From: Klebsormidium nitens
Taxonomy: Eukaryota > Plantae > Klebsormidiophyceae
Direction: 5' to 3'
Length of the DNA: 64,000 nucleotides
Assembly: GCA_000708835.1 (NCBI GenBank)
Contig: DF237169.1
Coordinates: 1-64,000 of the forward strand
The notes beneath the pieces are model-generated. The model did not search any database, was not told the DNA's origin, and saw only the letters and a list, made by a program, of their open reading frames with translations. The translations under genes were made by a program, and so were the position numbers. Below are positions 44,484-64,000 of the stretch, one piece after another (within the stretch, counting starts at the first letter, position 1; every line of letters starts with the position of its first letter).

Positions 44484-47091
44484 ATGGCGGGACGCGGATC
44501 TGCTGTTCCCATTTTGGGCCTCGTGCTTCTCGCCTGCGCGGTTGGAACGGTGATTCGGACACCCCTTGAAAAAAACTGCATCAGCCTCCCGTTTCGATCG
44601 TGGTGCTCCTCTATATCCCGTCTGGTTTGTGGTTTGTTGCTGATGGGGCGTGCTAGCATCAGCGTGATGATTCAGATCGTGATTCTGGAAAGTTTGTGAG
44701 ATCCAGACTGCGGGTTACAGGAACCTCCAAGGTTGACTCATCAGTAGACTGTTTGTTGCAACGGAAGCACTGCCGGATGATTGACTTTAAGTTTTAAGCG
44801 CTTGCGTTGAATGGATTTTCAGCAGTCTGCGGCTAACACCATGAAACGCATCGCCAGTCAGCTTCTCAAATGTTCACCTCTCTCAAAGCTCTGGCTGACT
44901 TCTCGTTTTTCGCAGGTCATCGCTTCGGAGGATGCCTCCGTTCTCCAGGCCCGTGTGTTGGCCGGTCTGAAGGCTCCTCGGAAGCTTTTGCAAGGTCAGT
45001 TTTAGCATTCTTTGTCTCGCTTGGAACAACGGCCTCCCATCTGTTCGTTGCGCTAACTGTGGCTTCCTCTCTGTGTTGGACGCAAGATTGGACATGTCCG
45101 ATTTGAGTAGATGGCTCAGCTGGCAACGATCTCTGGTCACCAGCCAACGTTCAGGCTGCATATCAAATCATGCTTCCTGCAGACTTCAAGCCCCTCGTAG
45201 TGCCGGACTGCCTGCTGCCCAAAGTATCTGTGCACAAAGCTGATCTTGGCATTGCCACCCTTCTGTTACCAATCCACCATTCCTGCACAAAGCACGTCTC
45301 GTTGTTGCCTCCCTTCTTGACGTTACCTTGCTAACCATCTTGAAGGTCCTCACCTCAGTATCTCTGCCTTGTCAACTCAAGCTGACACCCGTACGCGATT
45401 GCAGCTCCAACCCCTTCCCCCTTTGGGTGCGCCCCCCCCTTCAACACGGCCTGCCCCCAAGTCGGCACGACAGACTTTCTCTGTTGCGCGGGGGGTTGCC
45501 CCGAGCTAGGAACATCTACCTATGCCAAATGTTCGGGGCCTACGGTGTTCAACCCCCGACCGACTACGCCCCCTCCGACCACCCCAGCGCCATTGTGTAA
45601 GCTGAAAACAGACGAGCCCAAAAGCGCCAGCTGACATCTACTAGGTTTGATGCTTTGAGGAATTGTTTTGTGTGGCGTAACTCTGGTTCAGTTGGTAAGA
45701 TGGTAGAGCAATGAAGAAAAATAGCAATGGATTGTTGCGGACTTTTTACCAAAAATTTCAAGAAACCTTAGAAGCTTCCCAGTAAAGAGCGATTAGGCTC
45801 TGCGGCACCTCTGCCCCCCGTTGTAGTCGCTTACCATTTACCCAGCCTTTAGGGTATCTTCGTTTCAGCGGAACTGGTTCCCAAACCTCTGGATCAAAGT
45901 TTGATAAAGTTTTGCTCAAGCTCCGCAGGCGCTCCTGCTCCAGACAGATTCCTAAAGCGTTCGCTTCGCATCAGAAATCGACACCTGGGTTCCAGTGCAA
46001 ACCACGCCTTTCTTTCTCCTGCAGCCGCCACGTGTCCCGACCAGGCCTTCGTGTGCCCCACGTTTGGCCTCCTGGCGGGGACCCGCTTCCTCTGCTGCCC
46101 CAACCAGTGCCCGGGGGAAAACGAATCAATCATTGACTGCACGGCCGCTGAACCGGCTACTCCCGCCCCGACCACTCCCGGCCAACCCGCGCCAGCCCCG
46201 ACCACTCCCGGTGTAACCACGCTCGCCCCGACCGCTCCTGCTCCAACCGTTCCCCTCCCGATCGCCTCCGCACCAGTCACTCCTCCTCTCCCGACCATCC
46301 CTCCGGTGCTGCTTGCTCCTGCCCCGGCCGCTTTTGCCCCGACCGGTCTTCCCCCGGTCACTCCTCTTCCGACCGTCCCCTTCGTAGTTCCTCCCGTGAC
46401 GATCGCCCCTCTACCGAGTGAAATTCCCACGCTTCCTCCTTTGCCCTTCTTACCGGCTCCGGGCCCAACAATCGCGCCGATCCCCCCTCTCCCGACCACT
46501 CCTACCGGCCCAATCGCCGCTCCGTCGACCTTCCCTCCGCTGCCTTTCCCTCCCATTCCCCTTCCCACCGAGACTCCCATCGCTCCGCTCCCGACAATTC
46601 CCCCGAACATCCCTATCGCCCCTCTCCCGACCTTTATTCCGATCCCTCTACCGACTACCCCTCTCATCCCCCTTCCCACTGGAGAAGGGTGAGTCAGATA
46701 GTGGCAACCTGAACATCATTATAAGCAGTAGTTCATCGGAATGTGGCCTCTGTCACTGCTCAGCCAGAACAAGTGTTGCTTCAACGACTCTTGTACTAGG
46801 GAGATGGAATTGTGATTGGTATTCGGATTGGAACAGAGAATGATTACGTCCTACTTTTGTTCCTGCAGCACGGCTCCCCCGGTCACTTTCCCGACCACTA
46901 TTCCCCTCCCTCTGCCGACCGCCACCGTGGTCGGCCTTCCTTTCCCGACCAACTCTCCCGCCAATTTCGGCCCGACCACGCCGCCCCCGATCGTGATCCA
47001 GCCGTCGATCGCCCCGGTTCCTACCCTGGTTCCCGGCGAGGAAACCAGGCTGCCCACCATCCTCAACCCTAACCCCATTCCTAACCCTTAG
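44484..47091 (+). CDS. Secreted Pro/Thr-rich (extensin/AGP-like) glycoprotein with two 6-Cys modules
   Basis: Signal peptide MAGRGSAVPILGLVLLACAVG, exon ~44926-44997 (VIASEDAS...RKLLQ), Cys-rich exons ~45400-45592 and from ~46024, then long PT/PP/AP repeats to 46688, and a last exon ~46868-47091 ending PNPIPNP*. Internal exon phases are not fully resolved. Confidence 0.75.
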
Positions 47092-48040
47092 GCAAGGTGG
47101 GTTGTCTCCATTTCCCTTGGTTTGCATTTTGTCAATTCGTGTTTTTGCGACGGTGGGAAACTGAGGTTTGATCAACAGAAAAATGATTCGGTGCAATGCT
47201 TCTCTTTTGTGGTAGCGAAAGGGCACCGGCCAAGGAGACCATCGGCACACATTAAAGGAGACACGTGTTATAGATCTTCGTGCGGGTTGCTCTTCCACCA
47301 GAAAAGCTACCCTCATCGATCAGTGGACTTGAGCAGCTCACCAGATGTTGTGGTTCTGTTGTTTCGAATTGACAGAGCATCACGCTTCATATAAGATCAC
47401 GGGTGTTAACCAGATTATTTGCCATGCAAGTCTGGCGCAAGAGTTTGCATTTTATCCTCACCAGTTGGAGGGTTTTCTTTAGCTGACAAATTTCAACTCC
47501 AGGGCAAAGTTTTGCCATCGCTTTTCTTGTCGATTTTCCCAGCTTTTCTGAAACTTTGTTCTTTAATGCATCGTGCAGAGCGCAGACCTATTCCGTTCGC
47601 TCCGCTGTCCGCCGTCCCTTAACGACCGCCTTGTACCATCGTCAGCAGCCAGCCTGAGGCCGGGGGGTTTTTGCTTGCGGCCGCAGTATCGTTTGCGCAT
47701 GTAGTCTATTCGCCAGAAGTTGTTAAGTTAGGCGTATTAACCCTTCGATAATAGATCATATGTATAGCTTTAGTAGGATTTGCTGTAGGGCTTGGATCAT
47801 CCTTTGAAGTGGCTAGCACGTGCTTGTTGTTCGAGAGATTCGGAGAACCTGTTCGCAGCACAAACACTCTGCCGTACCGGCCTTTGAAGAAGGAAGACGA
47901 TGGACGTCCTTAAGTCAGTGCTTATAAGTTAGATCGTGCGCCCTCACTGTAGAAACGCTACCGCTGCAAAGCGCGTCACCATGTACAATAATTGAGCCGT
48001 TTGATCACTGGGCAGACTCTTACATCTGTATTAACTTGCT

Positions 48041-48140
48041 TCATGTGCTCTGCCTGTAGGATTTTCATGTGCTCTGCCTGTAGGATTTTCATGTGCTCTG
48101 CCTGTAGGATTTTCATGTGCTCTGCCTGTAGGATTTTCAT
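48041..48140. repeat. 24-bp minisatellite (tcatgtgctctgcctgtaggattt) x4
   Basis: Four exact tandem copies plus a partial fifth, downstream of HSP70. Confidence 0.95.
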
Positions 48141-48698
48141 ACATAGTGGTCATTGCGTCGCCCTAGAATTGCACGAGCTTTATCATATCTATATTGCCAT
48201 TGAAGCACAACATGAGAAAGAATGAGGTTTTTGAGTGCCACCATAATATGTAATTACGAGAACTCCCCACACCGGACAGATACCGCGTGGAGGCCGGGGT
48301 TAGTAACCTGAAAAGCCTTGCTTTATGTAACCTCGAGCATGAGTCTGGAGAATATGGACGCAAAATGATAGGACAAGTGCCGTCTTTGCAGATTTCTCTC
48401 TTTATTTCGACCATCTTTTGATCATCCGCCATGCACTGTACAAGGAATGAAGGTAGCTTTTACAGGCCGCGAGAGCCGAGGAAGGAGCAAAGCTCCCCGG
48501 GGCTTACATCTGACAATATTGATGGCACGACCCCGCTTCCGCACATGCCTGCATTTAAGAATCAAACTTCCTCTTTCCTCCTCTACGCCTTGGATCCACC
48601 TACTGTCATTGTCCTCATCACAAAGGATCAAAGTTGCTCATCCCCGCTCCACTTTCCTACTACTTTCTATAATATGTTCTACATCAGTTTATAGACTT

Positions 48699-58397
<9,699 letters not shown>

Positions 58398-58652
58398 GAC
58401 TGCAGAGTGGAATCAAAGGTCGGACGCTGGGATAGATGAGTGGCAGGAAGCAATCTGCAAAGCACGAGGGGCGAAGTTCCTGCTTCGCACGCAAGGAGCT
58501 TACTAGAGGTCGTTGGGAAGGAAAACGGCAGCAGCAATCCAAGAAGGAAAGTTGCTCTTGACTAGACTGTAGAAATATTACCTACTGAAGTCGGCTAGCC
58601 GCGCTGTCCTTCGCAGAGTCAAGCAGGCCTGGTTGGAAATCAGGATGAGCAC

Positions 58653-58667
58653 TTTCTGGAAGCTTCC
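58653..58667. promoter_or_regulatory. Heat shock element (nTTCnnGAAnnTTCn)
   Basis: tTTCtgGAAgcTTCc is a perfect three-unit HSE about 255 bp upstream of the HSP70 ATG. It lies just upstream of a probable 5'-UTR intron donor (~58580). Confidence 0.5.
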
Positions 58668-59689
58668 ACGTCTGAAACACGTAAGATTAGATCTAAAAGC
58701 TGCATTGGCAGGGAATCATCTCGCTCTTAGCATTCGACGAGCTCCTCAATCAAGGGTTGATTCGCAAACTCAACCAGTTGGCCGCTGGTCGTTCCGGGTC
58801 GCGAAGCAAGCGAATTGATGATCAGCGGGCGAAGAGCATGCTGGCTCCTCTGAATATAGCATGCACGGGCGCCCTAAAGCGCCAAGTCGGTGATTTTTCG
58901 GCTTCAGCAGGCGTGCTTAGAGACAGAGACTCTTGGCCTCACGTGCTTATACAAGCTGACAAAAGAAGGTGCATGCCTTTGACGAGACGCGCATGTGTCA
59001 CGTGACACAATCTCGCAGAATCTGACCATAGAGAGTCTGCAGAATCGAATGGGGGTTGTGCACGAATCAGCCGTATTGATATCGCAGCAAAAATAAGAAA
59101 TAGCTGGACAATTGAGCGCTGGCCGGTTGGCACAGGAACACAAACAGCATGCATATAAACCTTCCGCCCTGCATGAGTTTCAGTGCATGGTTGGGTGGAG
59201 GTGCAAAGGAACTGCAATCAATTAATAGGCAAGTGAGCATTTGGGATTCAATGACAATTCACTGGCAGGTCTAAGAGCTGTGCCAGCTTGCTATATGGGA
59301 TCACCGTCGCTCCTCTGTCGTGCGATACAAACACCCGCGGCCCACTTCACCTTCTATATTCAAGGCTTAAGTGCGAGGCCGGAAGGAGGCGGCCGCGTGC
59401 TTCCGTCAACTTAGAATTTGCTTGAAAGGCAGGGCGCGATCTCAAAAGCACACTCGCGCGCTATTTGTGACGTCGGCCCAAGATGGCAAGAGCGATCCTT
59501 TTTGAGGAAGAGGTCAGACACCCGTTTCCTCTTCCAAGGTTCGCACTGCATGCATGTAAATAAACTCGATTTATACATTCAAACGTTGGCTCGATCGTAT
59601 GTATCTGGTGCATGCCAGTGTGTGAATGTTCATACCTCTAGCTTGAATGCTGCAGGCACTTTCATAGCAGCATAGTGTATATAGCCGGT

Positions 59690-59717
59690 ATATATAGCAT
59701 AGTATAGTATAGTATAG
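59690..59717. repeat. Short (ATAGT)n-like microsatellite
   Basis: atatatagcatagtatagtatagtatag visible in the sequence. Confidence 0.6.
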
Positions 59718-60453
59718 GTCCCAATCAACTTCATGTATCTAAATGCCAGTGAGTAGAAAGCGCAATAACTAGCTTCACTTCTCATGAATGAGGTTCCTAC
59801 AAAAAAAAAGGTGCATGGCCACGGAGTGGAACCAGGTCGAACTACACATACGCGTTTATCATTTTGAGTGGCTGTCGACCGAAGTGATCACTGCGCAGAA
59901 CTGATGAATTAGGCCGCCTCCACCTACTAGGCCACTTAATCTGGTAGGCTGACTTACGTTGGATCGTGTATCACTACCCAGTGTGCACAGCAACTGACGC
60001 ATGATCGTTCAGCTTGCAAAGCACTTACATGTGCAAGTTGACGGTTGTCGAGACAGGATTATAAGTACACATTGGCAAACAATTCATGCACGCCCAAAAC
60101 ACCAAGGGAATCAGCTCGGTTCCAACCTTCGTTTTACAGTGGAATGGCCCACGAACTGTTGTTCAGGTGCAAATACTAAGATCTGCTTCAAGGACCAGGT
60201 TGATTTGCTGAAATCACAGGTGCCGGTGCCGACAGTCAAAATATGCAGAGGATGACGTGAGGTGATTGGGCCGACCGTCACCTCAACTGTTTACAGTCGC
60301 ACCAGGACCAGATCAGCAAGGCTTGCGACTACATGCATGAAATCAGTATCTTCTGAGATTGGCCCGCAGCGGGAAGGACGTAGGCTTGAAGGTCAGAATG
60401 AACGGCGAGACAATTGGTCCACCAATGGTCTCTAAACTCCGTGTCACTATAGA

Positions 60454-61675
60454 TTATTCATCGTCACCTGTTTTCTGACCAAGATTTGGAATGTCCTCAA
60501 ACCGTTTCTGCACATAGGGTACGGATTGATTCAGGAGAAGACTTCGTAACTTGATTAAGACGTTTTTCTCCCCCTCAACTCAATGCTGTTGACCGGCATT
60601 TCTTCACCACCATCAAAATCGGATCCAAGCGATGCACCGAAAGGTTGACTGTTAGACATGCCACGATTGCCAGGAAGCGTAAAGCGGTGTCAAATCAGCA
60701 CATGCCTACATAATATACTGTTAAGACAATTGCACCACAGAAAGCACGTTTCTCTAGAGCAGCAGAAGGCCAGCTGAAGCTCACCCCTTTGTTGTTTGCT
60801 TCCCAAACCTTGTCTATTGAATAGTTGATAACCTGGGGACAGAGGAAAGAGGATCAATTTAGAAAAGCGGAAGCGACTTAAGTGCTGTGAACCACGATGG
60901 TGGTTTCTCTGGTGGAAACGGAGTGCTGAATTGAGCATTCGCAACGATGGGGAGTGTTCAATGCATGCGAAACACATGACCAGACCAAGTCCTGAAGGGA
61001 AGCATCCTGAACAACTGCATCCAGCTGAGCACCTGAACTTACACCCCATTGTGTGGAACTCTAAGATTTTTAAGGGCTGACATCTGATGGTATGAATGAG
61101 CAAACGGCCACCATAAGGGATCGATTGCTGCTGTGAATTCCATCCGTCCATGACGGAAGCTAGCTCAAAATCACAGAACGACGAGACTGATCAACGCAAC
61201 TGTCCCTAGTAACTTTTGCAGCACGAAGCGCCAGGCATTGATATCTTGAACCGAGCATGGCACAACCATAAAGACTAGAGAATACCTCTATCTTAAGTTG
61301 GTACCACGTGAAACGAACGTCTGACACCAAGTGATGTATCGACAAAATGTCCATCATTGCAATGCAAGCAGTAGCGTTGAAAGAGGGAAGCATAAAAGCC
61401 AAACAATTCCATGCGCTGCAGACCTCCCCTTGCATACGATAAGAGCATTCAGCACCTTGCGAGTTGAACGAGAAACTACAGCACCAGTGCAAAGCCATAC
61501 CAACAACCACCTTGATGATCTTCCCAAGCACTGCAGAATCCAGACCCTGCCAAGCACTCACTCTTTCCCCTGCCAGAGCTCCCACCAGAATGAATGCCAC
61601 ATAAACAGAATTTCGCTTCATCAAAACCCGGTAAGCCCCCTCCATCAACTGCGAAGCGGGAGCCCGGTCCCCCAT
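60454..61675 (-). CDS. QCR9: Cytochrome b-c1 complex subunit 9 (QCR9/UQCR10)
   Basis: Exons 61562-61675, 60785-60832, 60454-60507 give MGDRAPASQLMEGAYRVLMKRNSVYVAFILVGALAGER-VINYSIDKVWEANNKG-KRFEDIPNLGQKTGDDE*. This is the typical QCR9 pattern (RRNSVYV..G....ER....W...N.GK.Y.DI). Confidence 0.92.
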
Positions 61676-63714
61676 GGCTGCAGTCAGTCAGTCAAATCTC
61701 ACTTGATGGGTTTCCTCTCTTCAAATCCTGATGTAGATTCAATGTATATTTGACCGAGCACCAGTTGTGACGGCGTGCAGGTGGATTGTTTGTTAAACTT
61801 CCGCCGTGCTTCAGATCTTTGCGAGTCCTGGCCAAGAGACGGTGATGCTGCACACCAAAGAGCCCTTGCACAGTTGCAGTCCTTGACAGGATGGAAGCGC
61901 CTCCTGCCACTGAACGTGTGCGAGTGTCTTCACCTCCAGACAACAGCCTCAGGCTCAGGCCGTTGTTACCAAGATCTCCTCCTTGCCTCTGTGCCCTCGA
62001 AAACCTACCTAGGTACATCCGTCACGTCAAGCTCACAGTGGTGTAACGCCGTATGTATCGGTGTTCATAATATTGGTTTTCGAAAGCTCAGAACATTACA
62101 TCGGGTCACATCGGGTTACGCTAATGAGGTCTCTAACCCTGCTGGCCTGCTGACTTCCCAAGGAAAGGACCAAGCAGTGGCAAGCACAGGCTGCCCTGCA
62201 CTACCAGCTGTGCACAGGCCGGAAGAGACTTGCTGTCAAGGAGAGCAGGCGGCAAATCAGCTCAGAAGGTGCTTTGCAGGTGCACGGCATCGCCTTCAGG
62301 GGGACACGATGTGGCCTTTTGCTTTCGAAAGGATTTGCGTGAGAGCTCTTTTTGAAATGGAATGGTTTGTGGCGACCCCAGAGATGACGTTACCTCCTGC
62401 TATAACCTGGCAAGATGGTGCGAGGCCGTCAAGTAGCTGCACAAATATTGCACGATGTTGAGGGGGTGGGATGGCGCGGGAGGCTGTTTCTGCACGGTGA
62501 CGGGCTAGTGCTAGTCAGCTGAGTTGTCTGGATTCAGGGGTAATCCCTGTTGGCAGGAGAATAGCGGGAACGGGCTCTGGAGATCACTGAGTGGCTGGAT
62601 ACGCAAGCCTTGGACGTAGGTTTTTAGCACTAGTGCAACGCAGCTGGGGAGATCATCTTGATGATCGGCCGGAGCTTCGGTCCTATGTGAGGAATCCATG
62701 GGCCCTTCGTCGCAGAAGCCATGGAGGAAGAAAGGGGCGGACGTTGATTCCGACGATGTTCAAGAGGTGAGACGTCTTTGGAGTTAGTTGTGTTCTTGTT
62801 GTGCTGCTTGATCAAATCAGGGTTGTCTCAGTGCAGGGAGGGCCCAACTACTAAAGGTTAAAAGCGTCACCCTTGCTGTGGAGGTTTTCTTTATGATTAC
62901 AGGAATCTCTGGTGCCCCCTCTGGTGCCCCAAAATGCGGCCGCATTGAAGCCTTAGAGGGTTTGCGTCAACAAGTGTACGGAGTGATTTAGGGTTGTGAG
63001 CATGTTGTCATGAACATCTTTTGTCAATTTGATAGATATAGTGGTTTCGGTTAGGGTTTGTGGCCCCGCTCCTTGAACTGCGATTCTTACACAAAGCTCC
63101 CAGTTCTGTTGGGTGTGTAACTCCCATGGGTTTGGTCCCCCAAGCTTTTGTTCGTTCTTTGCTGATCCGTTGGTCGTTTCCAGCATCTCAGCCATTGCCA
63201 GTGGGTGATCAGTTAACAGCACTTGCTTCCCTTTCTTGCGCGAGCTGGCCCTTCCAAAAGCTCCGACAACTTTACCCAGCACGTCAGAATGACGTTGGTG
63301 AAGGAATGATCGGCTCAGTCATTGCTGAAGCCCCAGGGCAGCAAAGTTGTGCTCAACTGTTGCTGATGTTACCATGTTGTGCTGGTCGGCTGGGGGAACC
63401 ATGTCACTAGCGGAAGCAAGATATTCCATTCCTGGCCGTCGGCCTGCGGCTCCTTCATCGGGCCCTTTGAATATGTATGTCCATCAACTTCGCAAAGAGT
63501 CAAGCGCCAGGAAGGGTAACTGGGATGGATGGAGTTAGCTTGGGGGTTAGGGTGGGTACGGGTGCGGAGCGTGTGGACTTCCGGCTAAGGTTTTCGATCA
63601 AGTGTTGCTGTCACTTCTCATGGCGCTCACCCTCCATGGATAACTCATCCTTTCATGTAATCAAGAAGCGTCAGATGTTTCTATTTCCTCATGGAGCCCC
63701 ACTCATCTCCCCAG

Positions 63715-64000
63715 TTCTGGAAGGGCCTGTCCCTGGCGCAGCGGCGCGCGCTGCTGCGGGTGGACAAGGCCACGCTGTTCGAGACGGTGCGCAAGAACCT
63801 CTACTGCTGCAAGTGCCACGGCCTCCTCGTCGAGGGCTTCACGCAGCTCCTCCTCTACAACCGCACGCTGCAGAACGGGCAGTTTCTCAACGGGCCAGAC
63901 GGAGAGTACCTTATGAACTCCCCCACGGGGGCGGGGGGGTTTGTGTTTGGCGCAGGGGGCGCGGCGCGAATGACAGAGGGAGGCGGGGTTGAGTTGGTGA
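63715..64000 (+). CDS. Stress-response NST1-like conserved plant protein, partial (internal exon; first exon probably ~63400-63515; runs off the window)
   Basis: After the acceptor ccccag: FWKGLSLAQRRALLRVDKATLFETVRKNLYCCKCHGLLVEGFTQLLLY. This resembles the plant FWSEL...LLRIDKQTLFEQARKNMYCSRCNGLLLEGF motif. Confidence 0.75.

Noticed and set aside
45894-46679. Gly-rich 261-aa minus-strand ORF
   Set aside because: It is the antisense shadow of the Pro-rich plus-strand exon (CCN codons read as GGN).
48041-48140. CRISPR-like array
   Set aside because: The repeats are directly adjacent with no spacers and the context is eukaryotic; it is a minisatellite.
59900-59925. tRNA-Sec or tRNA-Met suggested by a TCA/CAT triplet after a D-arm-like hairpin
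   Set aside because: No acceptor-stem or anticodon-stem pairing, so it is not a valid cloverleaf. It is kept only as a vague Pol III-like element.
61775-62461. 228-aa plus-strand ORF between QCR9 and the NST1-like gene
   Set aside because: Non-ATG start, composition not protein-like and no motif; it lies in the probable divergent promoter/UTR region.

Overview
Eukaryotic, intron-rich nuclear DNA with GT-AG introns and GC-biased codons. The gene content (plant-type SirB, EID1-like F-box, NST1-like protein, plus a selenoprotein) best fits a streptophyte/charophyte green alga such as Klebsormidium; this is an inference, not a database result. Genes reconstructed by splicing exons by eye: sirohydrochlorin ferrochelatase (+), an intronless EID1-like F-box gene (-), an orphan membrane protein (+), a PfkB pseudouridine-kinase-like gene with large low-complexity inserts (+), a Rubisco-LSMT-type SET-domain gene (+), a ~14.6 kb leishmanolysin (M8) metalloprotease gene with EGF, Pro-rich, bacterial-surface-protein-like, transmembrane and very long cytoplasmic parts (-), an iodothyronine-deiodinase-like gene (-), a secreted Cys-module/Pro-rich glycoprotein (+), cytosolic HSP70 (-), QCR9 (-) and the start of an NST1-like gene (+). 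There is a 750-N assembly gap. The strongest hidden signal is the deiodinase-like gene: splicing puts an in-frame TGA in a GSMT-U-PPY active-site motif, and a well-formed SECIS hairpin lies about 130 nt past the stop, so it is very likely a selenoprotein that ORF callers split. Also notable are the chimeric receptor-like M8 protease and arrays of decaying '3' splice site + exon head' copies in three HSP70 introns.
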